Below are positions 43,801 through 59,500 of a stretch of DNA of 64,000 bases, piece after piece (positions within the stretch are counted from its first letter, which is position 1; each line of letters begins with the position of its first letter). The notes beneath the pieces are model-generated. The model was not told where the DNA came from. It did no database searches and saw only the letters and a list, made by a program, of their open reading frames with translations. Both the position numbers and the translations under genes were made by a program. Origin of the DNA: the human T2T-CHM13v2.0 reference genome, Homo sapiens; assembly GCF_009914755.1 (NCBI RefSeq), contig NC_060933.1; one strand, given 5' to 3'.

Positions 43801-46800
43801 AATGGAATGGAATGGAACAACCCGAATGGAATGGAATGTAATGGAGAGTAAGGAAGTTGAATAGAATCAATCCGAATGTAATGGAATGGAATGGAATGGA
43901 ATGGAATGGAATGGAATGGAATGCAATGGAATGGAATCAACCCGAGTACAATGGAATGGAATGGAATGGAATGGAATGGAATGGAATGGAATGGAATGGA
44001 ATGGAATGATACGGAATAGAATGGAATGGAACGAAATGGAATGGAATGGAAAGGAATGGAATGGAATGGAATGGAATCGTTCCGAGTGGAATAGGAGGGA
44101 ATGTATTCGAGTGGAATGGAAAGGAATGGAATCAACCAGAGTGGAATGGAAGGGAATGGAATGGAATGGAAACTAATAGAATGGAATCAACCCGAGTGGA
44201 ATGGAATGGAAAGGACTGGAATGGAATGGAATTGAATGGAATCAACTCGTTTGTAATGGAATGGAATGGAATGGAATGGAATGGAATGGAATGGAATTAA
44301 CCCGAATACAATGGAAGGGAATGGAATGGAATGGAAACTAATAGAATGGAATCAACCCGAGTGGAATGGAATGGAAAGGACTGGAATGGAATGGAATGGA
44401 ATGGAATCAACTCGATTGTAATGGAATGGAATGGATTGGAATGGAATGGAATGGAATGGAATGGAATTAACCCGAATACAATGGAATGGAATGGAATGGA
44501 ATGGAATGGAATGGAGTGGAATGGAATGGAATCAACCCGAGTGCAGGGGAATGGAATGGAATGGAATGCAATGGAATGGAATCATCCGGAATGGAATGGA
44601 ATGGAATGGAATGCAAAGCAATGGAATCAACTCGATTGCAATGGAATGGAATGGAATGGAAAGGAATACATTGGAATCAACCCGAGTGGAATGGAATGGA
44701 AAGGACTGGAATGGAGTGGAATGGAATGGAATGCAATGGAATGGAATGGAATGTAATCAACTTGATTGGAATGGAATGGAATGGAATGGAATGGAATGGA
44801 ATCAACCCGACTGCAGGGGAATGGAATGGAATGGAATGCAATGGAATGGATTCAACTTGAATGGAATGGAAAGAATGGAATCAACACGAGTGGAATGGCA
44901 TGGATTGGAATGGAATGGAATGGAATCAACCCGAGTACAGGGGAATGGAATGGAATGGAATGCAATGGAATGGAATCATCCGTAATGGAATGGAAAGGAA
45001 TGGAATGGAATGGAATGGAATGGAATGGAATGGAATCAACTCGATTGCAATCGAATGGAATGGAATGGAATTAACCCGAATAGAATGGAGTGGAATGGAA
45101 TGGAACGGAACGGAATGGAATGGAATGGAATGGAATGGAATGGAATGGAACGGAACGGAATGGAATGGAATGGAATGGAATGGAATCAACGCGAGTGCAG
45201 GGGAATGGAATGGAATGGAATGCAATGGAATGGAATCTTCCAGAATGGAATGGAATTGAATGGAATGGAATGGAATGGTATGGAATAAACCCGAGTGCAA
45301 TGGAATGGAGTGGAATGGAATGGAATGGAATGGAACAACCCGAATGGAATGGAATGTAATGGAGACTAACGGAGTTGAATAGAATCAATCCGAATGTAAT
45401 GGAATGGAATGGAACGGAATGGAATTGAATGGATTGGAATGGAATGGAATGCAATGGAATGGAAACTTCCGGAATGGAATGGAATGGAATGGAATGGAAT
45501 GAAATGCAATGGATTCAACTCGATTGCAATGGAATGGAATAGAATGGAATGGAATGGAATGGAATGGAATTAATCCGAATAGAATGGAATGGAATGGAAT
45601 GGAACGGAATGGAACGGAAAGGAATGGAATGGAACGGAATGGAATGGAATGGCATGGAATGGTATGGAATGGAATGGAATGGTACGGAATAGAATGGAAT
45701 GGAACGAATTGTAATGGAATGGAATTGAATGGAATGGAATGGAATGGAATGGAATGGAATCAACGTGAGTGCAGGGGAATGTAATGGAACGGTATGCAAT
45801 GGAATGGAATCATCCGGAATGGAATGGAATGCAATGGAATGGAATGGAATCAACCCGAGTGCAATGGAATGGAGTGGAATGGAATGGAATGGAATGGAAC
45901 AACCCGAATGGAATGGAATGTAATGGAGAGTAAGGGAGTTGAATAGAATCAATCCGAACGTAATGGAATGGAATGCAACGGAATGGAATGGAATGGAATC
46001 GAATGGAATGCAATGGAATGGAATCAACCCGAGTACAATGGAATGGAATGGAATGGAATGGAATGGAATGGAATGGAATGGAATGATACGGAATAGAATG
46101 GAATGGAACGAAATGGAATGGAATGGAAAGGAATGGAATGGAATGGAATGGAATCGTTCCGAGTGGAATAGGAGGGAATGTATTCGAGTGGAATGGAAAG
46201 GAATGGAATCAACCAGAGTGGAATGGAAGGGAATGGAATGGAATGGAAACTAATAGAATGTAATCAACCCGAGTGGAATGGAATGGAAAGGACTGGAATG
46301 GAATGGAATGGAATGGAATCAACTCGTTTGTAATGGAATGGAATGGAATGGAATGGAATGGAATTAACCCGAATACAATGGAAGGGAATGGAATGGAATG
46401 GAAACTAATAGAATGGAATCAACCCGAGTGGAATGGAATGGAAAGGACTGGAATGGAATGGAATGGAATGGAATCAACTCGATTGTAATGGAATGGAATG
46501 GAATGGAATGGAATGGAATGGAATGGAATGGAATGGAATTAACGTGAATACAATGGAATGGAATGGAATGGAATGGAATGGAGTGGAATGGAATGGAATC
46601 AACCCGAGTGCAGGGGAATGGAATGGAATGGAATGCAATGGAATGGAATCATCCGGAATGGAATCGAATGGAATGGAATGCAAAGCAATGGAATCAACTC
46701 GATTGCAATGGAATGGAATGGAATGGAAAGGAATACATTGGAATCAACCCGAGTGGAATGGAATGGAAAGGACTGGAATGGAGTGGAATGGAATGGAATG

Positions 46801-47293
46801 CAATGGAATGGAATGGAATGGAATCAACTTGATTGGAATGGAATGGAATGGAATGGAATGGAATGGAATGGAATGGAATCAACCCGACTGCAGGGGAATG
46901 GAATGGAATGGAATGCAATGGAATGGATTCAACTTGAATGGAATGGAAAGAATGGAATCAACACGAGTGGAATGGCATGGATTGGAATGGAATGGAATGG
47001 AATGAACCCGAGTACAGGGGAATGGAATGGAATGGAATGCAATGGAATGGAATCATCCGTAATGGAATGGAAAGGAATGGAATGGAATGGAATGGAATGG
47101 AATCAACTCGATTGCAATCGAATGGAATGGAATGGAATTAACCCGAATAGAATGGAATGGAATGGAATGGAACGGAACGGAACGGAATGGAACGGAATGG
47201 AATGGAATGGAATGGAATGGAATGGTATGGAAAGGAATGGAATGGTACGGAATAGAATGGAATTTAACGAATTGTAATGGAATGGAATTGAAT

Positions 47294-50200
47294 GGAATGG
47301 AATGGAATGGAATGGAATGGAATGGAATCAACGTGAGTGCAGGGGAATGTAATGGAACGGAATGCAATCGAATGGAATCATCCGGAATGGAATGGAATGG
47401 AATGGAATGGAATGGAATGGAATGGAATGGAATCAACACGAGTGCAATGGAATGGAGTGGAATGGAATGGAATGGAATGGAACAACCCGAATGGAATGGA
47501 ATGTAATGGAGAGTAAGGGAGTTGAATAGAATCAATTCGAATGTAATGGAATGGAATGCAACGGAATGGAATGGAATGGAATGGAATGGAATGGAATGGA
47601 ATGGAATGGAATGGAATGATACGGAATAGAATGGAATGGAACGAAATGGAATGGAATGGAATGGAATGGAATGGAATGGAATGGAATGGAATCGTTCCGA
47701 GTGGAATAGGAGGGAATGTATTCGAGTGGAATGGAAAGGAATGGAATCAACAAGAGTGGAATGGAAGGGAATGGAATGGAATTAACCCGAATACAATGGA
47801 AGGGAATGGAATGGAATGGAAACTAATAGAATGGAATCAACCCGAGAGGAATGGAATGGAAAGGACTGGAATGGAATGGAATGGAATGGAATCAACTCGA
47901 TTGTAATGGAATGGAATGGAATGGAATGGAATGGAATGGAATGGAATGGAATGGAATGGAATGGAATTAACCCGAATACAATGGAATGGAATGGAATGGA
48001 ATGGAATGGAGGGGATTGGAATGGAATCAACCCGAGTGCAGGGGAATGGAATGGAATGGAATGCAATGGAATGGAATCATCCGGAATGGAATGGAATGCA
48101 AAGCAATGGAATCAACTCGATTGCAGTGGAATGGAATGGAATGGAAAGGAATACATTGGAATCAACCAGAGTGGAATGGAATGGAAAGGACTGGAATGGA
48201 GTGCAATGGAATGGAATGCAATGGAATGGAATGGAATGGAATCAACTTGATTGGAATGGAATGGAATGGAATGGAATGGAGTGGAATCAACCCGACTGCA
48301 GGGGAATGGAATGGAATGGAATGCAATGGAATGGATTCAACTTGAATGGAATGGAAAGAATGGAATCAACACGAGTGGAATGGCATGGATTGGAATGGAA
48401 TGGAATGGAATGAACCCGAGTACAGGGGAATGGAATGGAATGGAATGCAATGGAATGGAATCATCCGTAATGGAATGGAAAGGAATGGAATGGAATGGAA
48501 TGGAATGGAATGGAATGGAATGGAATCAACTCGATTGCAATCGAATGGAATGGAATGGAATTAACCCAAATAGAATGGAATGGAATGGAATGGAACGGAA
48601 CGGAATGGAATGGAATGGAATGGAACGGAATGGAACGGAACGGAACGGAATGGAATGGAATGGAATGGAATGGAATTGAATCAACGCGAGTGCAGGGGAA
48701 TGGAATGGAATGGAATGCAATGGAATGGAATCTTCCGGAATGGAATGGAATGGAATGGAATCAACCCGAGTGAAATGGAATGGAGTGGAATGGAATGGAA
48801 TGGAATGGAACAACCCGAATGGAATGGAATGTAATGGAGAGTAAGGGAGTTGAATAGAATCAATCCGAATGTAATGGAATGGAATGGAAAGGAATGGAAT
48901 TGAATGGAATGGAATGGAATGCAATGGAATGGAATCAACCCGAGTTCAATGAAATGGAGAGGAATGGAATGGAATGGAATGGAAACTACCCGAATGGAAT
49001 GGAATGGAATGGAGTGTAAGGGAATTGAATAGAATCAATCCGAATGTAATGGAATGGAATGGAACGGAATGGAATGGAATGGAATGGAATGCAATGGAAT
49101 GGAATGGAATGCAATGGAATGGAATCAACCCGAGTGCAATCGAATGGAATCGAATGGAATGGAATGCAATGGAATGGATTCAACTTGAATGGAATGGAAA
49201 GAATGGAATCAACACGAGTGGAATGACATGGATTGGAATGGAATGGAATGGAATCAACCCGAGTACAGGGGAATGGAATGGAATGGAATGCAATGAAATG
49301 GAATCATCCGTAATGCAATGGAAAGGAATGGAATGGAATGGAATGGAATGGAATCAACTCGATTGCAATCGAATGGAAAGGAATGGAATTAACCCGAACA
49401 GAATGGAATGGAATGGAATGGAATGGAACGGAAAGGAAGGGAATGGAATGGAATAGAATGGAATGGAATGGAATCAACGCGAGTGCAGGGGAATGGAATG
49501 GAATGGAATGCAATGGAATGGAATCTTCCAGAATGGAATGGAATGGAATGGAATGGAATGGAATGGAATGGAATCAACCCGAGTGCAATGGAATGGAGTG
49601 GAATGGAATGGAATGGAATGGAACAACCCGAATGGAATGGAATGTAATGGAGAGTAAGGGAGTTGAATAGAATCAATCCGAATGTAATGGAATGGAATGG
49701 AACGGAATGGAATTGAATGGAATGGAATGGAATGCAATGGAATGCAATCAACCCGAGTGCAATGGAATGGAGAGGAATGGAATGGAATGGAATGGAAACT
49801 ACCCGAATGGAATGGAATGTAATGGAGTGTAAGGGAATTGAATAGAATCAATCCGAATGTAATGGAAAGGAATGGAACGGAATGGAATGGAATGGAATGG
49901 AATGGAATGGAATGGAATGGAATCAACCAGAGTGCAATCGAATGGAATCGAATGGAATGGAATGCAATGGAATGGAATCAACTTGAATGGAATGGAAAGA
50001 ATGGAATCAACACGAGTGGAATGGCATGGATTGGAATGGAATGGAATGGAATCAACCCGAGTACAGGGGAATGGAATGGAATGGAATGCAATGGAATGGA
50101 ATCATCCGTAATGGAATGGAAAGGAATGGAATGGAATGGAATGGAATGGAATGGAATGGAATCAACTCGATTGCAATCGAATGGAATGGAATGGAATTAA

Positions 50201-53200
50201 CCCGAATAGAATGGAATGGAATGGAATGGAACGGAACGGAATGGAATGGAATGGAATGGAACGGAACGGAATGGAATGGATGGAATGGAATGGAATCAAC
50301 GCGAGTGCAGGGGAATGGAATGGAATGGAATGCAATGGAATGGAAACTTCCGGAATGGAATGGAATGGAATGGAATGGAATGAAATGCAATGGATTCAAC
50401 TCGATTGCAATGGAATGGAATAGAATGGAATGAAATGGAATGGAATGCAATTAATCCGAATAGAATGGAATGGAATGGAATGGAACGGAATGGAACATAA
50501 TGGAATGGAATGGAATGGAATGGTACGGAATAGAATGGAATGGAACGAATTGTAATGGAATGGAATTGAATGGAATGGAATGGAATGGAATGGAATCAAC
50601 GCGAGTGCAGGGGAATGTAATGGAACGGAATGCAATGGAATGGAATCATCCGGAATGGAATAGAATGGAATGGAATGGAATGGAATGGAATGGAATGGAA
50701 TCAACCCGAGTGCAATGGAATGGAGTGGAATGGAATGGAATGGAATGGAACAACCCGAATGGAATGGAATGTAATGGAGAGTAAGGGAGTTGAATAGAAT
50801 CAATCCGAATGTAATGGAATGGAATGCAACGGAATGGAATGGAATGGAATGGAATGGAATGCAATGGAATGGAATCAACCCGAGTACAATGGAATGGAAT
50901 GGAATGGAATGGAATGGAATGGAATGGAATGGAATGATACGGAACAGAATGGAATGGAACGAAATGGAATTGAATGGAAAGGAATGGAACGGAATGGAAT
51001 GGAATCGTTCCGAGTGGAATAGGAGGGAATGTATTCGAGTGGAATGGAAAGGAATGGAATCAACCAGAGTGGAATCGAAGGGAATAGAATGGAATGGAAA
51101 CTAATAGAATGGAATCAACCCGATTGGAATGGAATGGAAAGGACTGGAATGCAATGGAATGGAATGGAATCAACTCGTTTGTAATGGAATGGAATGGAAT
51201 GGAATGGAATGGAATGGAATGGAATTAAACCGAATACAATGGAAGGGAATGGAATGGAATGGAAACTAATAGAATGGAATCAACCCGAGTGGAATGGAAT
51301 GGAAAGGACTGGAATGGAATGGAATGGAATGGAATCAACTCGATTGTAATGGAATGGAATGGAATGGAATGGAATGGAATGGAATGGAATGGAATTAACC
51401 CGAATACAATGGAATGGAATGGAATGGAATGGAATGGAGTGGAATGGAATGGAATCAACCCGAGTGCAGGGGAATGGAATGGAATGGAATGCAATGGAAT
51501 GGAATCATCCGGAATGGAATCGAATGGAATGGAATGCAAAGCAATGGAATCAACTCGATTGCAATGGAATGGAATGGAATGGAAAGGAATACATTGGAAT
51601 CAACCCGAGTGGAATGGAATGGAAAGGACTGGAATGGAGTGGAATGGAATGGAATGCAATGGAATGGAATGGAATGGAATCAACTTGATTGGAATGGAAT
51701 GGAATGGAATGGAATGGAATGGAATGGAATGGAATCAACCCGACTGCAGGGGAATGGAATGGAATGGAATGCAATGGAATGGATTCAACTTGAATGGAAT
51801 GGAAAGAATGGAATCAACACGAGTGGAATGGCATGGATTGGAATGGAATGGAATGGAATGAACCCGAGTACAGGGGAATGGAATGGAATGGAATGCAATG
51901 GAATGGAATCATCCGTAATGGAATGGAAAGGAAAGGAATGGAATGGAAAGGAATGGAATGGAATGGAATGGAATGGAATGGAATCAACTCGATTGCAATC
52001 GAATGGAATGGAATGGAATTAACCCGAATAGAATTGAATGGAATGCAATGGAACGGAACGGAATGGAATGGAATGGAATGGAATGGAATGGAACGGAACG
52101 GAATGGAATGGAATGGAATGGAATGGAATGGAATCAACGCGAGTGCAGAGGAATGGAATGGAATGGAATGCAATGGAATGGAATCTTCCGGAATGGAATG
52201 GAATTGAATGGAATGGAATGGAATGGTATGGAATAAACCCGAGTGCAATGGAATGGAGTGGAATGGAATGGAATGGAATGGAACAACCCGAATGGAATGG
52301 AATGTAATGGAGAGTAAGGGAGTTGAATAGAATCAATCCGAATGTAATGGAATGGAATGGAACGGAATGGAATTGAATGGAATGGAATGGAATGGAATGG
52401 TATGGAATCGTTCCGAGTGGAATAGGAGGGAATGTATTCGAGTGGAATGGAAAGGAATGGAATCAACCAGAGTGGCATGGAAGGGAATGGAATGGAATGG
52501 AAACTAATAGAATGGAATCAACCCGAGTGGAACGGAATGGAAAGGACTGGAATGGAATGGAATGGAATGGAATGGAATCAAATCGATTGTAATGGAATGG
52601 AATGGAATGGAATGGAATGGAATGGAATGGATTTAACCCGAATACAATGGAATGGAATGGAATGGAACGGAATGGAGTGGAATGGAATGGAATCAACCCG
52701 AGTGCAGGGGAATGGAATGGAATGGAATGCAATGGAATGGAATCATCCGGAATGGAATGGAATGGAATGGAATGCAAAGCAATGGAATCAACTCGATTGC
52801 AATGGAATGGAATGGAATGGAAAGGAATACATTGGAATCAACCCGAGTGGAATGGAATGGAAAGGACTGGAATGGAGTGGAATGGAATGGAATGGAATGG
52901 AATGGAATCAACTCGATTGGAATGGAATGGAATGGAATGGAATGGAATGGAATGGAATTAACCCGAATAGAATGGAATGGAATGGAATGGAAAGGAACGG
53001 AACGGAACGGAACAGAACGGAACGGAACGGAATGGAATGGAATGGAATTGAATGGAATCAACCCGACTGCAGGGGAATGGAATGGAATGGGATGCAATGG
53101 AATGGATTCAACTTGAATGGAATGGAAAGAATGGAATCAACACGAGTGGAATGGCATGGATTGGAATGGAATGGAATGGAATCAACCCGAGTACAGGGGA

Positions 53201-56200
53201 ATGGAATGGAATGGAATGCAATGGAATGGAATCATCAGTAATGGAATGGAAAGGAATGGAATGGAATGGAATGGAATGGAATGGAATGGAATCGAATGGA
53301 ATGGAATCAACTCGATTGCAATCGAATGGAATGGAATGGAATTAACCCGAATAGAATGGAATGGAATGGAATGGAATGGAACGGAACGGAATGGAATGGA
53401 ATGGAATGGAAAGGAATGGAACGGAAAGGAATGGAATGGAATGGAATGGAATGGAATGGAATGGAATGGAATGGAATGGAATAAACCCGAGTGCAATGGA
53501 ATGGAGTGGAATGGAATGGAATGGAATGGAACAACCCGAATGGAATGGAATGTAATGGAGAGTAAGGGAGTTGAATAGAATCAATCCGAATGTAATGGAA
53601 TGGAATGGAACGGAATGGAATTGAATGGAATGGAATGGAATGCAATGGAATGGAATCAACCCGAGTGCAATGGAATGGAGAGGAATGGAATGGAATGGAA
53701 TGGAAACTACCCGAATGGAATGGAATGTAATGGAGTGTAAGGGAATTGAATAGAATCAATCCGAATGTAAAGGAATGGAATGGTACGGAATGGAATGGAA
53801 TGGAATGGAATGGAATGGAATGCAATGGAATGGAATCAACCCGAGTGCAATCGAATGGAATCGAATGGAATGGAATGCAATGGAATGGATGCAAGTTGAA
53901 TGGAATGGAAAGAATGGAATCAACACGAGTGGAAGGGCATGGATTGGAATGCAATGGAATGGAATCAACCCGAGTACAGGGGAATGGAATTGAATGGAAT
54001 GCAATGGAATGGAATCATCCGTAATGGAATGGAAAGGAATGGAATGGAATGGAATGGAATGGAATGGAATGGAATGGAATGGAATCAACTCGATTGGAAT
54101 GGAATGGAATGCAATGGAATGGAATGGAATTAACCCGAGTAGAAAGGAATGGAATGCAATGGAATGGAATTGAATGGAATTAACCCGAGTAGAAAGGAAT
54201 GGAATGCAATGGAACAGAACGGAACGGAATGGAATGGAATGGAATGGAATGGAATGGAATCAACCCGACTGCAGGGGAATGGAATGGAATGGAATGCAAT
54301 GGAATGGATTCAACTTGAATGGAATGGAAAGAATGGAATCAACACTAGTGGAATGGCATGGATTGGAAAGGAATGGAATGGAATCAACCCGAGTACAGGG
54401 GAATGGAATGGAATGGAATGCAATGGAATGGAATCATCCGTAATGGAATGGAAAGGAATGGAATGGAATGGAATGGAATGGAATGGAATGGAATGGAATC
54501 AACTCGATTGCAATCGAATGGAATGGAATGGAATTAACCCTAATAGAATGGAATGGAATGGAATGGAACGGAAAGGAATGGAATGGAATGGAATGGAATG
54601 GAATGGAATGGAATGGAATGGAATGGAATCAACGCGAGTGCAGGGGAATGGAATGGAATGGAATGCAATGGAATGGAATCTTCCGGAATGGAATGGAATG
54701 GAATGGAATGGAATGGAATGGAATGGAATCAACCCGAGTGCAATGGAATGGAGTGGAATGGAATGGAATGGAATGGAACAACCCGAATGGAATGGAATGT
54801 AATGGAGTGTAAGGGAATTGAATAGAATCAATCCGAATGTAATGGAATGGAATGGAAGGGAATGGAATGGAATGGAATGGAATGGAATGCAATGGAATGG
54901 AATCAACGCGAGTGCAATCGAATGGAATCGAATGGAATGGAATGCAATGGAATGGATTCAACTTGAATGGAATGGAAAGAATGGAATCAACACGAGTGGA
55001 AGGGCATGGATTGGAATGCAATGGAATGGAATCAACCCGAGTACAGGGGAATGGAATGGAATGGAATGCAATGGAATGGAATCATCCGTAATGGAATGGA
55101 AAGGAATGGAATGGAATGGAATGGAATGGAATGGAATCAACACGATTGCCATCGAATGGAATGGAATGGAATTAACCCGAATAGAATGGAATGGAATGGA
55201 ATGGAACGGAACGGAATGGAATGGAATGGAATGGAATGGAACGGAACGGAACGGAACGGAATGGAATGGAATGGAATGGAATGGAACGGAATGGAATCAA
55301 CGCGAGTGCAGGGGAATGGAATGGAATGGAATGCAATGGAATGGAATCTTCCGGAATGGAATGGAATGGAATGGAATGAAATGCAATGGATTCAACTCGA
55401 TTGCAATGGAATGGAATAGAATGGAATGGAATGGAATGGAATGGAATTAACCCGAATAGAATGGAATGGAATGGAATGGAATGGAATGGAACGGAACGGA
55501 ATGGAATGGAATGGAATGGAATGGAATGGAATGGTATGGAATGGAATGGAATGGTACGGAATAGAATGGAATGGAACGAATTGTAATGGAATGGAATTGA
55601 ATGGAATGGAATGGAATGGAATGGAATCAACGCGAGTGCAGGGGAATGTAATGGAACGGAATGCAATTTAATGGAATCATCCGGAATGGAATGGAATGGA
55701 ATGGAATGGAATGGAATGGAATCAACCCGAGTGCAATGGAATGGAGTGGAATGGAATGGAATGGAATGGAACAACCCGAATGGAATGGAATGTAATGGAG
55801 AGTAAGGGAGTTGAATAGAATCACTCGGAATGTAATGGAATGGAATGCAACGGAATGGAATGGAATGGAATGGAATGGAAAGGAATGGAATGCAAAGGAA
55901 TGGAATCAACCCGAGTGGAATGGCATGGAATGGAATGCAATGGAATGGAATGGAATGGAATCAACTCGAATGGAAAGGAATGGAATGGAATGGAAAGGAA
56001 TGGAATGAAATCAACTCGAGTGGAATGGAATGGAATGGATTGGAATGGATTGCAATGGTATGAAATGGAGTGGAATGGAATGGAATCAATCATTCCGAGT
56101 GGAATGGAAGGGAATGTAATGGAGTGGAAAGAAGGGAATGGAATCAACCCGATTGGAATGCAAGGCAATGGAATGGAATGGAAAGGAATGGAATGGAATC

Positions 56201-56584
56201 AACTCCATTGCAATGGAATGGAATGGAATGGAATGGAATGGAATGGAATGGAATTAACCGGAATAGAATGGAATGCAATGGAATGGAACGGAATGGAATG
56301 GAATAGAAGGTAATGGAATCAACACGGGTGCAGGGGAATGGAATGGAATGGAATGCAATGGAATGGAATCATCCGGAATGGAATGGAATGGAATGGAATC
56401 AACTCCATTGCAATGGAATGGAATGGAATGGAATGGAATAGAATGGAATGGAATTAACCCGAATAGAATGGAATGCAATAGAATGGAATGGAACGGAACC
56501 GAATGGAGTGGAATGGAATGGAATGGAATCAACCTGAGTGCAGAGGAATGGAATGGAATGGAATGCAATGGAATGGAATCATCC
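47294..56584 (+). repeat. ~9.29-kb tandem unit, copy B1 (complete)
   Basis: CAACGTGAGTGCAGGGG..GCAATCG at 47329 recurs at 56620 (+9291). After one pentamer indel, ORFs recur at exactly +9286 (47986/57272, 48974/58260, 51259/60545, 52432/61718, 54174/63460). Confidence 0.95.
49571..51150 (+). repeat. ~1.55-kb segment shared by the 5.95-kb and 9.29-kb units (also at ~31250-32825, ~37205-38785, ~58857-60436)
   Basis: Private markers occur in the same order in all four copies: GGATGGAAT 1-bp deletion, GCAATTAATCC, GGAACATAAT, GATACGGAACAG, GAATCGAAGGGAATAG, AACCCGATTGG. The same ORF (one residue differs in A1) is at 31661, 37616, 49987 and 59273. Confidence 0.9.
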
Positions 56585-59500
56585 GGAATGGAATGGAATG
56601 GAATGGAATGGAATGGAATCAACGTGAGTGCAGGGGAATGTAATGGAACGGAATGCAATCGAATGGAATCATCCGGAATGGAATGGAATGGAATGGAATG
56701 GAATGGAATGGAATGGAATGGAATCAACACGAGTGCAATGGAATGGAGTGGAATGGAATGGAATGGAATGGAACAACCCGAATGGAATGGAATGTAATGG
56801 AGAGTAAGGGAGTTGAATAGAATCAATTCGAATGTAATGGAATGGAATGCAACGGAATGGAATGGAATGGAATGGAATGGAATGGAATGGAATGGAATGG
56901 AATGGAATGATACGGAATAGAATGGAATGGAACGAAATGGAATGGAATGGAATGGAATGGAATGGAATGGAATGGAATGGAATCGTTCCGAGTGGAATAG
57001 GAGGGAATGTATTCGAGTGGAATGGAAAGGAATGGAATCAACAAGAGTGGAATGGAAGGGAATGGAATGGAATTAACCCGAATACAATGGAAGGGAATGG
57101 AATGGAATGGAAACTAATAGAATGGAATCAACCCGAGAGGAATGGAATGGAAAGGACTGGAATGGAATGGAATGGAATGGAATCAACTCGATTGTAATGG
57201 AATGGAATGGAATGGAATGGAATGGAATGGAATGGAATGGAATGGAATGGAATTAACCCGAATACAATGGAATGGAATGGAATGGAATGGAATGGAGGGG
57301 ATTGGAATGGAATCAACCCGAGTGCAGGGGAATGGAATGGAATGGAATGCAATGGAATGGAATCATCCGGAATGGAATGGAATGCAAAGCAATGGAATCA
57401 ACTCGATTGCAGTGGAATGGAATGGAATGGAAAGGAATACATTGGAATCAACCAGAGTGGAATGGAATGGAAAGGACTGGAATGGAGTGCAATGGAATGG
57501 AATGCAATGGAATGGAATGGAATGGAATCAACTTGATTGGAATGGAATGGAATGGAATGGAATGGAGTGGAATCAACCCGACTGCAGGGGAATGGAATGG
57601 AATGGAATGCAATGGAATGGATTCAACTTGAATGGAATGGAAAGAATGGAATCAACACGAGTGGAATGGCATGGATTGGAATGGAATGGAATGGAATGAA
57701 CCCGAGTACAGGGGAATGGAATGGAATGGAATGCAATGGAATGGAATCATCCGTAATGGAATGGAAAGGAATGGAATGGAATGGAATGGAATGGAATGGA
57801 ATGGAATGGAATCAACTCGATTGCAATCGAATGGAATGGAATGGAATTAACCCAAATAGAATGGAATGGAATGGAATGGAACGGAACGGAATGGAATGGA
57901 ATGGAATGGAACGGAATGGAACGGAACGGAACGGAATGGAATGGAATGGAATGGAATGGAATGGAATCAACGCGAGTGCAGGGGAATGGAATGGAATGGA
58001 ATGCAATGGAATGGAATCTTCCGGAATGGAATGGAATGGAATGGAATCAACCCGAGTGAAATGGAATGGAGTGGAATGGAATGGAATGGAATGGAACAAC
58101 CCGAATGGAATGGAATGTAATGGAGAGTAAGGGAGTTGAATAGAATCAATCCGAATGTAATGGAATGGAATGGAAAGGAATGGAATTGAATGGAATGGAA
58201 TGGAATGCAATGGAATGGAATCAACCCGAGTTCAATGAAATGGAGAGGAATGGAATGGAATGGAATGGAAACTACCCGAATGGAATGGAATGGAATGGAG
58301 TGTAAGGGAATTGAATAGAATCAATCCGAATGTAATGGAATGGAATGGAACGGAATGGAATGGAATGGAATGGAATGCAATGGAATGGAATGGAATGCAA
58401 TGGAATGGAATCAACCCGAGTGCAATCGAATGGAATCGAATGGAATGGAATGCAATGGAATGGATTCAACTTGAATGGAATGGAAAGAATGGAATCAACA
58501 CGAGTGGAATGACATGGATTGGAATGGAATGGAATGGAATCAACCCGAGTACAGGGGAATGGAATGGAATGGAATGCAATGAAATGGAATCATCCGTAAT
58601 GCAATGGAAAGGAATGGAATGGAATGGAATGGAATGGAATCAACTCGATTGCAATCGAATGGAAAGGAATGGAATTAACCCGAACAGAATGGAATGGAAT
58701 GGAATGGAATGGAACGGAAAGGAAGGGAATGGAATGGAATAGAATGGAATGGAATGGAATCAACGCGAGTGCAGGGGAATGGAATGGAATGGAATGCAAT
58801 GGAATGGAATCTTCCAGAATGGAATGGAATGGAATGGAATGGAATGGAATGGAATGGAATCAACCCGAGTGCAATGGAATGGAGTGGAATGGAATGGAAT
58901 GGAATGGAACAACCCGAATGGAATGGAATGTAATGGAGAGTAAGGGAGTTGAATAGAATCAATCCGAATGTAATGGAATGGAATGGAACGGAATGGAATT
59001 GAATGGAATGGAATGGAATGCAATGGAATGCAATCAACCCGAGTGCAATGGAATGGAGAGGAATGGAATGGAATGGAATGGAAACTACCCGAATGGAATG
59101 GAATGTAATGGAGTGTAAGGGAATTGAATAGAATCAATCCGAATGTAATGGAAAGGAATGGAACGGAATGGAATGGAATGGAATGGAATGGAATGGAATG
59201 GAATGGAATCAACCAGAGTGCAATCGAATGGAATCGAATGGAATGGAATGCAATGGAATGGAATCAACTTGAATGGAATGGAAAGAATGGAATCAACACG
59301 AGTGGAATGGCATGGATTGGAATGGAATGGAATGGAATCAACCCGAGTACAGGGGAATGGAATGGAATGGAATGCAATGGAATGGAATCATCCGTAATGG
59401 AATGGAAAGGAATGGAATGGAATGGAATGGAATGGAATGGAATGGAATCAACTCGATTGCAATCGAATGGAATGGAATGGAATTAACCCGAATAGAATGG

